From a virus, in IMG/VR virus record IMGVR_UViG_3300023181_000002, positions 35,883 through 99,882 of that record: a stretch of 64,000 nt of DNA; one strand, 5' to 3'. The notes beneath the pieces are model-generated. The model saw only the letters and a program-made list of their open reading frames with translations. It was not told where the DNA came from and did not search any database. The position numbers were made by a program, and so were the translations under genes. Below, piece by piece: positions 9,099 to 19,002 of this stretch; the stretch's first letter is position 1; each line of letters opens with the position of its first letter.

Positions 9099-11134
9099 AA
9101 TGCAGTTATGATTACGTCATCAATATATAATGTCCCAACACCCCAGCCATACATATCTATATACAGGCAAATATGAGTATCTGCCGATGTTGTCTTCTGG
9201 CTGATATAGATAACCTCTCCCTTTTGCCACTGTGTAGTAGGTGTAAATGGAGCACTGTAGTCTACACCTCCATTAGAAATAAGAAATAAATTATCCCCTT
9301 TGGTTATAATCTTTCCCGATTGCAATCCCCCCAGGAACATACCGGAACTGCTGCCTAATTGTTTATATGCGAAAGAAACTTTATACAAAGTGTCCGGTTT
9401 GCACTTAACACCGATATCCACACGGGCAGCGCTATTTAAAACACCCGTCTTTGCTATTTTTAACGACCTCAACCCTCCGGTATAAGAAGTCTCAAGTGTA
9501 TCACTAAGCGTTAAATTACCTCCGTTAAACCTGAATATAGGTGGATAGGAGACATCACGTGCGATATAAACATCATCCACAGTAAGGTCTTCATTCTCAA
9601 AAGAGCCATTAGATAATAAATTATTGAATCGGTTTGTAATAGGAGGCATATTCGTCTGCCAGTAAGACTGCATACGCGTAGTCTCAAACCTTGAAGCATT
9701 TGCATTACAGCCACCACAAAGCTCTCCTGAAGAAGTTAATAGATTATTAATAAAACAATTGTCCATTCTTATAGACCTTGTCTGTTCCGTACTGGGTTCT
9801 ATGTAGAAATAGTAGTCCGGCTTAACAGTCACATCAGTGCATACAAGATTACAGTCGTTAAAATTAAGAACAGTCTGTCCATCTGTAATATCAAAAGCTC
9901 TTCCTGTATAATTTCTTCCTTCGATATGACACTTATCGAAATAGCATATCCCCGCAGAGGCAGTCACATTCTTGAGATTGTAATCTATAGAGCATCCAAA
10001 GAATCTGATATTGGCATCCTGCTGAATATCCAAAAAAAGATCAGAGTTGAAAAAAGCACAGTTTACAAAGCGGTGGTTCTCTCCGGAGTCCTCCGCACCT
10101 TCAGGGAGTGATAAATCTATACCACACTCATATACATTCACATTATACCAACTTGTAATATAAGTTCTGTTATTTAAAGCAATGCCTACTCCGAAGTGAT
10201 GAATAGAAATATCAGAGAAAGAGGCGTTCGCTAAGGCAAAAGCGGCAGCAGAATCACAGTTGATACCTGTCACACTACTCGATTTCCCTTGCCCTATCAA
10301 CTCAAATCCTTCAAATTTAACTCTTGACTGCGGATAAGAAGGTTGCAATACACCCGAAATAGTGATAGCAGAACCTGAGCTTAAACTGGTAAAATCCAAA
10401 GTAGACCCTGCCCCTTTTATAGAGTAATTGCCGTATTTTAAATTCAAACCTGTATTGATCTTGTAAGAATTCCCGCCAAGATGAACCTGCATTCTATTTG
10501 GCTCTGCATTCAGATAGATAATCATTTTGGACCACGCAGTATAATCATTTGTAACACCATCTGCTTTAGCGCCAAACTCTTCTGGAGTTACAATATTATT
10601 TTTCCATACACGTTTTCCGAAGTTCCCGTCCTGAAATTTGAAGAATATGATATTGTCAACATCGCTATTAACAATAGGCGACCCGTTTAATTTTGTTGTA
10701 GTAATATTCGCTGTAATCTCGCTGCCAGTAAACTGAGAAATTAACCCATAATAAGTAGTGCCGCTTTTTCTGTAGTTTGAAATAACAAGCTGGGATTCAC
10801 TGACAGGCTTAAAATAGGGAGCTTCGCCAAATCCCTTACGAATATATCTTTTATTATTTTTAACAAGTACATTAATGCCATCATCAGCAGAAGTGGTGTC
10901 ATCGGGATCGTAAACAAATAACCCCTGAAGCCCTTCGTCTGTTACGATAAAGGAATCCTTTACAAAAGTGTCCGCATCACGAAACTCCTGTACTGTAAGC
11001 TGCCCGTAAACAGGAGCCGTATAACCGGCTATTAAAGCCTTAAGATCATTATACAGGCAGTATAACTTATTAACTAAGCTCCAGATGGTTCCCAAAGGCG
11101 GGGTGCTGTTTTGATTTCTCGACCAAGTGCTCAT
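9095..11134 (-). CDS. tailspike/depolymerase (beta-helix + C-terminal CBM-like domain)
   Basis: TPEEFGAKADGVTND, beta-helix coils, NLLSNGSFE...LYIDDV end. Confidence 0.8.
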   Translation of the reverse strand: MSTWSRNQNSTPPLGTIWSLVNKLYCLYNDLKALIAGYTAPVYGQLTVQEFRDADTFVKDSFIVTDEGLQGLFVYDPDDTTSADDGINVLVKNNKRYIRKGFGEAPYFKPVSESQLVISNYRKSGTTYYGLISQFTGSEITANITTTKLNGSPIVNSDVDNIIFFKFQDGNFGKRVWKNNIVTPEEFGAKADGVTNDYTAWSKMIIYLNAEPNRMQVHLGGNSYKINTGLNLKYGNYSIKGAGSTLDFTSLSSGSAITISGVLQPSYPQSRVKFEGFELIGQGKSSSVTGINCDSAAAFALANASFSDISIHHFGVGIALNNRTYITSWYNVNVYECGIDLSLPEGAEDSGENHRFVNCAFFNSDLFLDIQQDANIRFFGCSIDYNLKNVTASAGICYFDKCHIEGRNYTGRAFDITDGQTVLNFNDCNLVCTDVTVKPDYYFYIEPSTEQTRSIRMDNCFINNLLTSSGELCGGCNANASRFETTRMQSYWQTNMPPITNRFNNLLSNGSFENEDLTVDDVYIARDVSYPPIFRFNGGNLTLSDTLETSYTGGLRSLKIAKTGVLNSAARVDIGVKCKPDTLYKVSFAYKQLGSSSGMFLGGLQSGKIITKGDNLFLISNGGVDYSAPFTPTTQWQKGEVIYISQKTTSADTHICLYIDMYGWGVGTLYIDDVIITAL

Positions 11135-11159
11135 TTACATTCTTTTTAAAAGTTTTTTA

Positions 11160-12782
11160 TTAGCTTGGGGTACAATATTGGGTCATTTCACACAGGTTCG
11201 TACAAGGATTATAAGTGTACCCATCAGGACATCCATACCCGTATTGAACGCCATTTTGCAATCCTCCTATATCAAACTTGCCGTTTATCTTACTCACTGA
11301 AGAAAAGATAATATTCAAATCTCCTACCGTAGAAGCGGCTGCAATGGCTACCGCTGTATTGTCGTATATCTCACAACCAAACCCTGCTGCATATTCTGTA
11401 TTGATTGCCTGCATTGCAATAAGCATGTTGGCTTTTTTAGCAACAACCGGTATAATTTTCCATGTCCTGAAATGCGTATCACTGCCAAGCTTCTCAAAAA
11501 TAATCTCCCCGTCAACGATCAACCTGAAAGCGTTATCCGCTTCAAGACCTACATAATACTGTTTTCCCGGCGTTAATCCCGTTAAACATTTGGAAAACCC
11601 GATCCACATATTCAGTGGTTTGTAATTGACAGGAAATCCTGTGTCTGTCTGATCCGTCCACACCGCACACCTGTTCATAGGTCCATTTGTCGCTGTAGTA
11701 GCTTTCCATACCGGCACCGCGGATAATGTGGTGAATGTTGTCAGATCGCTATTATAAAGCTGCGATCCATCAATAGCGTAATATTTGTTAGGTTTCGCCA
11801 CAACAAGATACCCTGAAGGGACGGCTGTTGAAGCAGTGGTTGTCGTTTTATAATAATCCCCATCAAGATTCATTGTCCATGTTCCATCAGGAGGACATGT
11901 AACAGGGGTTGTACAAACGGCTGTCTTGTCGCGGCCATTGTAGTCCGTATAAAGAAGACAGGCGCCGCTCATGCCATTGTAAACCCTGATCGTATAATAC
12001 TGCTCTACGCCGGGAGTTCCTGGCGTAATGCTTATAATTGTATCACCTGAACTATTTACAGTACCATCGCTGGTTGTACAATCGCCTCCACAGGAAAAAA
12101 CCGGTTGATAGCATATCCTGTAATGAGTGGCATTCGTCACGCCAAACAATCTTACCGTTGCAGGGTTAATTGTAGACCCTGTACAGGTAGAAGGTGACAC
12201 ATCCAGATTAAAAGTAGGCCATGCGCAGCTTAATGCAATATCATCGAAAGAGGTGCAATTATCAGCGCCTTGAAGCGATATTCTATAAGTGCCATCTAAA
12301 CGGTGCAAAGATCCCGCAGGCGCATCGAACGTGAATAGATTACCACTACGCTCATTAAAAAGATTGCCGGTTAATCCCGGTATAGATATACTAATATTGC
12401 TTGCCGGCTCATTAAGTCCCGTAATATTGGTGCCTAATACGCCGTTGCACTGAATAAAAGTAGCATCTACAACCAGTGTACAAGCCGGTGAATTATTAAG
12501 GTCAAAATTCGCCACACCAAAACAGCAATCGGAATTAGTATTCGCGAATAATTTAAGCGTAATACCTGGTATACTGTAAGTAGCATCTGTAATAGGTACA
12601 TTCACAACAAAATTTGTCGTTGTTGTTGTTACAGTAGCTACATAAGGGTTGGGCAGATTTGGATTGCTGATTGCAACACCAGAGCTGTTGAAAAAACGCG
12701 CAACCAAATGATACGTGTTCGTGCTAACCGCAGTAAGCCGGGTTAGAGAGTCAATCGTAATATTGATGCGTAGATTATTCAA
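11160..12782 (-). CDS. Cys-rich tail fibre/adhesin with PA14-like domain
   Basis: YTIRVYNG..C repeat; YYVGLEADNAFRLIVDG motif. Confidence 0.6.
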   Translation of the reverse strand: MNNLRINITIDSLTRLTAVSTNTYHLVARFFNSSGVAISNPNLPNPYVATVTTTTTNFVVNVPITDATYSIPGITLKLFANTNSDCCFGVANFDLNNSPACTLVVDATFIQCNGVLGTNITGLNEPASNISISIPGLTGNLFNERSGNLFTFDAPAGSLHRLDGTYRISLQGADNCTSFDDIALSCAWPTFNLDVSPSTCTGSTINPATVRLFGVTNATHYRICYQPVFSCGGDCTTSDGTVNSSGDTIISITPGTPGVEQYYTIRVYNGMSGACLLYTDYNGRDKTAVCTTPVTCPPDGTWTMNLDGDYYKTTTTASTAVPSGYLVVAKPNKYYAIDGSQLYNSDLTTFTTLSAVPVWKATTATNGPMNRCAVWTDQTDTGFPVNYKPLNMWIGFSKCLTGLTPGKQYYVGLEADNAFRLIVDGEIIFEKLGSDTHFRTWKIIPVVAKKANMLIAMQAINTEYAAGFGCEIYDNTAVAIAAASTVGDLNIIFSSVSKINGKFDIGGLQNGVQYGYGCPDGYTYNPCTNLCEMTQYCTPS

Positions 12783-12785
12783 AAG

Positions 12786-13121
12786 TTATTCAGTGATATT
12801 TTTAACAAAAATTGTCTGCACTTTTAATCCAAACTTTTCGCTGTTGGGATCAGAATCTACATCAATGTCTACACGAACAATCTCTTTCTCTCCATACCAT
12901 CCTCTCCATCCGGTATTAGAGCCATCTTCTGATTCGATCCAAGTACCCGCGCGAAATTTGGACACCGAATGATTTTTAAAGTCACTCATAGTGATCCTGT
13001 CACCTTCCTTGAAAAGATTACCATCTTTCGAAGATATCTCATTCAAGCGTAAATAAGGACCTTCCCACTGCTTTTCAACAGGGACTATATAAGTTCTTTC
13101 CGGATAATTTATCTCTGCCAT
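12786..13121 (-). CDS. hypothetical protein (start MAEINY at 13121)
   Basis: TAG-GAACCAC-ATT-ATG junction defines the start. Confidence 0.7.
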   Translation of the reverse strand: MAEINYPERTYIVPVEKQWEGPYLRLNEISSKDGNLFKEGDRITMSDFKNHSVSKFRAGTWIESEDGSNTGWRGWYGEKEIVRVDIDVDSDPNSEKFGLKVQTIFVKNITE

Positions 13122-13131
13122 AATGTGGTTC

Positions 13132-14670
13132 CTAGAACGTGAAAATATGCATACTGCTGCCTGTAGTGGTAAATGTGTAAGGGCCGCCATATTCATTGAT
13201 TGTCCAAACCGTATTATTTGTTGGAGCACAGTCGAAATCCTGCAAGAAGACAACTCTTTTAGAAGTATCCGCTTGACCACGCCCTGCAAAACATATCGTA
13301 TTAATGCCGTTGAAGAATTTCTTCACAACATTGTTTTGTCCGATGTTAGCCTTACCATATCTACTTACCTGATTACCTAAAGTACCCGTTACGGGGGCAT
13401 TACCATTATAATATCCTGTTTTAGATACGCCGTTACGGATAAAGGAGTAATTAGGATAGATCAAGTCGCCATCGCAATACTGCCAGATTTGACTGTAGAT
13501 ATAATGAGCAGCGTAACCCGCGTTCTCTCTTGGTGCTGCTGGTAAAGCGAATTGCGGTTGACCGGAACTACAAGTACGTGGATGCTGAGACCCATCCGAT
13601 GGATTCCAGTCTACTTCAGAGCCTCCAGCAGGTTTCCATCTCACTGTACTGTCAGGAGGTGTAAATCCATAGGGCAAGCCAAAGCAATTAGGGTCTAGCC
13701 CGTAATCTCCTCTTGTATTCCACACCACCTCGCCATCGGCAATTAAAAGAGACAATGTTGCTTGGGTAAAGAATAAGTCGAAAGAAGATTCACAGAATCC
13801 TCTTCTGATAATCTCTCCGTCAGGACTTTGCAATGGAAGTGCCCCGAAGTTATTGATCGCTTCAATCTTTGAATTAACCCCTTCAAGCTGTCCCCATGCG
13901 AATGTTATCACACGGCGGTCGCTTCTGGCAATGTATTGTCTTTCGAGGTTGAATATCTGATTAAATATACCTTCAGCGTTCGCCTGTGCAGCAACACCAT
14001 CCTGATAACCCGTGCACATGCGGTGACGGTAGTCAAACCCGTTGAAGCGGTAATAGTACCCCTGCTCGTTTGCAGTAAAACCATTGCCCGAATTTGGCTC
14101 ATGATAAATTATTTTCTGCGCTTCAGTAGCCGAACTCATGGCAAGCTCCGACATCGTCTGCCCGATACCCATATTAGAGTCCGTTCCCCAGCCGTAGTTA
14201 TTCATGAAATAATCTCCATGAATATGCGTGTTATCTATCGTGCCTCCCTGATTATCTCTGTAATACTCAAACATTTTACGGAAAGCCGCTTCTACAACTT
14301 CTCCGAAGCCGGTAGCGCATTGGCAGTCTTCCTGAAACTGTGCAAAGATGATGGTGTCTTTATCGTTTTGACCGTAGACGCTTGACGCGACTGTATTAGG
14401 GTCTGTTGACTTACTTTCGTTACGGCCCAGTATCCATTTCTTCTTATTACGCGCAAGCACATTCGGATCGCCAGACACTTGTAGTCCACTCACCAAACCC
14501 GTATCATCAGGTGTCGCCCCTACAATCCTGTCAAAAGATACTGTAGAAGTTGTCTGCGTAACCATGTATGGCTTGTTACTCTTTACGGGCACACCAAACC
14601 CTGGCAGTTGATATTCAGGATACCATACAACCGAATGTATATTAGCAGGTGCTTTAATTTCTGTTATCAT
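13132..14670 (-). CDS. tail-associated protein, possible glycoside-hydrolase-like barrel
   Basis: 512 aa aromatic/Gly-rich ORF coupled within the fibre operon; fold is a guess. Confidence 0.4.
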   Translation of the reverse strand: MITEIKAPANIHSVVWYPEYQLPGFGVPVKSNKPYMVTQTTSTVSFDRIVGATPDDTGLVSGLQVSGDPNVLARNKKKWILGRNESKSTDPNTVASSVYGQNDKDTIIFAQFQEDCQCATGFGEVVEAAFRKMFEYYRDNQGGTIDNTHIHGDYFMNNYGWGTDSNMGIGQTMSELAMSSATEAQKIIYHEPNSGNGFTANEQGYYYRFNGFDYRHRMCTGYQDGVAAQANAEGIFNQIFNLERQYIARSDRRVITFAWGQLEGVNSKIEAINNFGALPLQSPDGEIIRRGFCESSFDLFFTQATLSLLIADGEVVWNTRGDYGLDPNCFGLPYGFTPPDSTVRWKPAGGSEVDWNPSDGSQHPRTCSSGQPQFALPAAPRENAGYAAHYIYSQIWQYCDGDLIYPNYSFIRNGVSKTGYYNGNAPVTGTLGNQVSRYGKANIGQNNVVKKFFNGINTICFAGRGQADTSKRVVFLQDFDCAPTNNTVWTINEYGGPYTFTTTGSSMHIFTF

Positions 14671-15425
14671 TGCTCAAATTCGATCATACAGTGGTCCGTT
14701 CTATAACTATTCGAAGCGAACGTTGCCGGGTTTCCCCATACCGTCCAAAAGTTGCTTCTTACTTGTGCAAGCGTGGTGCCGTAAGCAGGATTTGCATAAT
14801 AGCAATACACCCAGAATCGTTTCGTGCCTACAGGGAAATTGACCCCGGCAGCAGATTTAAATGCCGTTAAGAAAGCAGCAAAATCTCCTTGCGTTAAATC
14901 TTTCATATTACCATCCATCAGAATCGCATTCACTGTATTAGCCCCGTTAAAAGAAGACTTTGTGGCGGCGTACTCTAAACGGAAATTTCCTGGCGTAGTA
15001 CCCGGAACGATGCGCGTTGTCTGCCCATTGATAATACGTGCCTTTCTGTTGTTGCGAACCACAACGCGAACGCCTCTGTCTAATGTATCAGAATCAGGTA
15101 AGCTACCTCCTGAAGCAACATTCGTAATAGGGAAATTCTGATAAATAGCATAGTAAGCACTAGCCGGATGAATAGCCGGATCAGTTTCTATCTCTACTTT
15201 GAAACGCGCATCAGGGATACTATAAGTCGCATCCGTAATCGGGATATTCAAAATAAAAGTAAGCCCCGAAGGAGGTATCGTGAAACTGCTGCTTACAGGG
15301 ATATTCAAGTCACCCAAAGGTGAACCATCCGTCTTAAGTGCCGTGGCAATTAAATGATAATTACCTCCCGTCGATTTAAGTCCCGTTAGCGTGTCTACCG
15401 ATACAATGATTCTTATAGTATTCAT
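14667..15425 (-). CDS. tail-associated protein sharing an N-terminal domain with 11160..12782
   Basis: IRI...D.LT.L....YHL.A ... IPITDATYSIP in both. Confidence 0.65.
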   Translation of the reverse strand: MNTIRIIVSVDTLTGLKSTGGNYHLIATALKTDGSPLGDLNIPVSSSFTIPPSGLTFILNIPITDATYSIPDARFKVEIETDPAIHPASAYYAIYQNFPITNVASGGSLPDSDTLDRGVRVVVRNNRKARIINGQTTRIVPGTTPGNFRLEYAATKSSFNGANTVNAILMDGNMKDLTQGDFAAFLTAFKSAAGVNFPVGTKRFWVYCYYANPAYGTTLAQVRSNFWTVWGNPATFASNSYRTDHCMIEFEQ

Positions 15426-15892
15426 GACTTGTTCGTAAGTTCAATCGATGAGATTGATATGCTGCCAGATTTTGCAGGCACTAATACATTTATACTCCCA
15501 ACCCCGTCACAACTAACACCTGTCAAGGTTACGACATACGTAGATCCGGCAGCAGCCACCTTCGAAAGATTAAGCGTTAAATGCGCCTGCATCTCGACAG
15601 TAGGTTTTATAGTACCCTGTCCAATCACTTCATCTGTATTGGCAAAGTTGGCAATACGCCATGAAAGCTCCCTAACATCGTCGCCATCCCATAACACATC
15701 CCAAACCTTGTCACTTACTATCGTGACCTTCGAAGGTTTTGGACCTCTCTTGCATTTTTTAAGTGCAGGATTAGGCTCTACAGGGGTTATACCTCCTGCG
15801 TCAACGATCTTCTGGATCGCATCGCTCATCGCCTCTGTCAGGATCACTCCTTCAGGCAATGTAATTGTCGTGGTCACTTTAATTGCTTCCAT
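15422..15892 (-). CDS. tail-associated beta-sandwich protein
   Basis: CKRGP...WDGDDV..LSWRI; C-terminal SISSIELTN. Confidence 0.6.
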   Translation of the reverse strand: MEAIKVTTTITLPEGVILTEAMSDAIQKIVDAGGITPVEPNPALKKCKRGPKPSKVTIVSDKVWDVLWDGDDVRELSWRIANFANTDEVIGQGTIKPTVEMQAHLTLNLSKVAAAGSTYVVTLTGVSCDGVGSINVLVPAKSGSISISSIELTNKS

Positions 15893-15900
15893 CGTGGTTC

Positions 15901-17961
15901 TTATGTATTAGTAAGCGTAATACTGTTGATCGCTAATCCGCAGCACACGTAGCATGGGTTATTTATTCTTAAAGTATGCGTGTTAAAGCAGGTTTCAGAA
16001 CCATTGTAAACACGTACAGTAAAGTCTTTGTATTCTTGTCCCGGATCAAAACCAAGCGTGTTGAATACGACAATTGGGCCAGCTCCTGAGATAGTAGGCG
16101 AACCAACATAATTAGGCGTACAGGTGAATGTGCTGTCCAGACAGATTTGATACTTCGTACCATTGGTAATCGAAGTAATACTTACTGTGCCGTTACTGTT
16201 GGCATTCCCATCTGTACAGGTAGGCGGTGTGCTTGTAATCGTAAACGCCGGTGTATCGCAAGGCACCACACAGTTTACACCCGGCACTGTAACAGCTACG
16301 TCAATGAAGCAGTTATTTCTGCCATTGAACATGCGAATCACGTAAGGGCTATCCGTAGATGACCCGTTAAGGTTTGCTATGGTGATCGTACTGCCTGAAT
16401 CAAATGCCGTTGAGTAAGTCGGACCCGAATATACTGTCCCTGAAGAGTAGCCATACTTGGTTGTATTGCCTACACCTGGAATAGAAATGATTGCATTGTT
16501 ATTGATTGTCCCGCTGCTACTCGCGCATGTTGCCGGTGTCACACTGACTGTGCCATGTGTCGGATTGATACAAGGAGTCTGATAGCACTGGTTATAGAAA
16601 CGAAGCGGTGTTGTTGTGTAACACGTAGAGGAGTTATTGAATACCCTTACATTGAAATCGCGATACTCTTGTGAAGAAGTAAACCCGATATTCGATGCCA
16701 TCGTAATAGGACCTGCGCCGGAGAACACCGTTGCATTGTCATAATCCGATGGGCACTGGAACGTATTACCTTCACAAAGCTGGAATCGTGTGCCGTTAAC
16801 GATATTAGTCAACCGCAGAATACCATTGCTTAATGTTGCTGTCCCGTTACAAGTGGCATCCGTTTTAACGAAATTAAACGTAGGGGTCACACAAGTGATT
16901 GTGCATGTCACTAACCCGAAATTGGCTATTCTTTCAATGAAACACTCTGTAGTGCCATTGAAAACGATCAGACGGTAAGACTTATCAGTCGAAGCGCCTG
17001 GTATACCTGTGACTTCAATTAAACCATTTTCAGGAACGGTTAATGCATCTGCATAAACAGGACGCGTTTGTGTTCCTGGAAGATAATAAGCGTAACGATC
17101 TGCGTTGTAAACAGGACCATATTCAAAGTGTCCATTATTCAGGTAATTTCCTGCGTTGTCACAGGTAGAAGAAACAGTTTGAATACTATTAGGTCCGACA
17201 GGATACACACAGCCAGAGCCTCCACAAGTCGCGCTTGTTACACGCCACCCGAAAGAGCACCCGTCTGTTGTTTTGATATTAACAAAACCGTTAATACATT
17301 CTGTTACCTGCGGACTCACATCTACTGTTTGTCCGGGCACACATCCTGAAGCAGATACCTGTACCTGAATCTGCGCCCTTGGACCTTCACAGCCATTAAG
17401 CGTTTGGCTCACATAGTAAGAAGTCAATCCTACTGCAGTCGTAGAAGGAACAGGAACAACCGTTGAAGCAGTGCCTCCTGTTGCGGTAGTATACCACTTT
17501 AAAGCAACCCCTGTAGCTTGTAAAGGCGAAGCGGTAGTATTCTGAACATAATTAACAGGCGTAACCACAGACGGAGCAGGTGTTGCGCAGCCGGGAACGG
17601 TAACATAATTTGCCGCGACGCAAGCTTGGTTGCCTGCTTCACGGATATAGTATTTTCTTGGTCCTGGTAGCTGATTGGTGAACGTGGCGCTATCCTGCCA
17701 AAGGACACCATCATTACTGAACTGAACCGCGTTATTGCTATTTGCAGGGATAATTGTTATTGTAGTGCCTTGAATAATAGATCCGCCAAAGGTTAACTTG
17801 CAAGCAGGCTTTGCTCCAAGCGCATCCTTGATCACGTTAGCAACGTCATCACATAGACTTGGCGAGGAGACATATCTTACAACCATTAAATCCGGATCGA
17901 TGCAGTCTGTGCATGGAGCCGGCGAGCAGTTGCAATCATCAAATTCAGGGCATTCGCACAT
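15901..17961 (-). CDS. Cys-rich tail fibre with Ig-like (Ig_7/CHU_C-associated) and SprB-like repeats
   Basis: LKWYTTATGG...P.PST...G.TSYYVSQT..GCEGPRA.I.V; four (VR/IR/LI)(V/M)(F/Y)N...C repeats. Confidence 0.7.
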   Translation of the reverse strand: MCECPEFDDCNCSPAPCTDCIDPDLMVVRYVSSPSLCDDVANVIKDALGAKPACKLTFGGSIIQGTTITIIPANSNNAVQFSNDGVLWQDSATFTNQLPGPRKYYIREAGNQACVAANYVTVPGCATPAPSVVTPVNYVQNTTASPLQATGVALKWYTTATGGTASTVVPVPSTTAVGLTSYYVSQTLNGCEGPRAQIQVQVSASGCVPGQTVDVSPQVTECINGFVNIKTTDGCSFGWRVTSATCGGSGCVYPVGPNSIQTVSSTCDNAGNYLNNGHFEYGPVYNADRYAYYLPGTQTRPVYADALTVPENGLIEVTGIPGASTDKSYRLIVFNGTTECFIERIANFGLVTCTITCVTPTFNFVKTDATCNGTATLSNGILRLTNIVNGTRFQLCEGNTFQCPSDYDNATVFSGAGPITMASNIGFTSSQEYRDFNVRVFNNSSTCYTTTPLRFYNQCYQTPCINPTHGTVSVTPATCASSSGTINNNAIISIPGVGNTTKYGYSSGTVYSGPTYSTAFDSGSTITIANLNGSSTDSPYVIRMFNGRNNCFIDVAVTVPGVNCVVPCDTPAFTITSTPPTCTDGNANSNGTVSITSITNGTKYQICLDSTFTCTPNYVGSPTISGAGPIVVFNTLGFDPGQEYKDFTVRVYNGSETCFNTHTLRINNPCYVCCGLAINSITLTNT

Positions 17962-17964
17962 ATT

Positions 17965-18183
17965 TTATACGTTGTATTTCTCGTTTAAAAGGCATTCTTT
18001 CTGCCTGACTTGTCCTGTATTCCAGTAAGGAAGAAACTCGTGGATGAACATCATCTCGAATAGATCATTTGCGATTTCATCGGAAGCCTTACCCTGCTTT
18101 GCGAGTTGGATATTTTTACAATCCAGTTCGCCTGCCACCTTGATGATCCGTTCTTGCAAATCATTCGCTGAAGTGATTTTCAT
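17965..18183 (-). CDS. putative tail hub protein B
   Basis: Size, Cys and position after hub A as in crAss-like phages. Confidence 0.45.
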   Translation of the reverse strand: MKITSANDLQERIIKVAGELDCKNIQLAKQGKASDEIANDLFEMMFIHEFLPYWNTGQVRQKECLLNEKYNV

Positions 18184-18860
18184 AATTTAATTCCATCGAG
18201 ATAAACTTTAATCTGCTTCACGCTGGAAGCGACACACTCGCAATCACAATTACTACCCACTTCCGCTAATAGCTTTAATTTCGTCCATGCAAACATCAGG
18301 TCACGCATGGCATCCAAACGTTTTTCCTTTGTTTTATGGAAGCTGTAACGGCAATCATCGCCAAGGGTCAACTTGTCAGCGATATCAAGTAGTTTCTTAT
18401 CCTGATAACAGGTACTGATGATACGTTTGATCTTTGTGCCTTCCAATACAAAAGTGTTATCTGTCTCGCCGGCACTGAAAACTTCCATCTTTACAGTGAT
18501 ACACCCTTCAGGGAAGCCTGATAAAAATCCTCCACAGTTAGGATCAAGATCAGGAACATCCGAGCAACCTTCACAATCACAAGGAACACCGCAGTCGCTG
18601 CATCCACTCGAAACAGGCACATAAGGAATATCATAGGCATTGATTACCCATTCACCGTTTGTCTGATTAACAGTTCTCTCGAAAGAGTAATATCCGTTAA
18701 TGCCTAAATCAAGGCTTACCTTTGTCTTTACAATTCTGTCAGCGTCCACATTTAAACCGCCATATCCTCCGGGATAATCTACGCTGTACGGCGATGTCAC
18801 ATCTTTAAATATTAAAGCGTCACACTGCTGCTGCGTAATCTGAAAATCGGGGATAAGCAT
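18180..18860 (-). CDS. putative tail hub protein A
   Basis: D.T..Y.....GGYG N-terminus, Cys-rich, first gene of fibre operon. Confidence 0.55.
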   Translation of the reverse strand: MLIPDFQITQQQCDALIFKDVTSPYSVDYPGGYGGLNVDADRIVKTKVSLDLGINGYYSFERTVNQTNGEWVINAYDIPYVPVSSGCSDCGVPCDCEGCSDVPDLDPNCGGFLSGFPEGCITVKMEVFSAGETDNTFVLEGTKIKRIISTCYQDKKLLDIADKLTLGDDCRYSFHKTKEKRLDAMRDLMFAWTKLKLLAEVGSNCDCECVASSVKQIKVYLDGIKL

Positions 18861-18889
18861 CGTTTAAAGCGGGATTTCTGATTGATTAG

Positions 18890-18928
18890 TGAAAGTACTT
18901 TAATGAGAATTATACAATCGTCTCACAA
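18890..18928 (-). promoter_or_regulatory. putative phage late promoter TTGTGAGACGA-N20-TACTTTCA
   Basis: Same 11-mer and 20-nt spacing as 27225-27263. Confidence 0.6.
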
Positions 18929-19002
18929 AAGTTTTTTCCGACTTTTAAAAGTAGTTTATTCTATTTAGTCCATGCGAGGTAGTGCCGACTTTTCAGTGAC
19001 AC

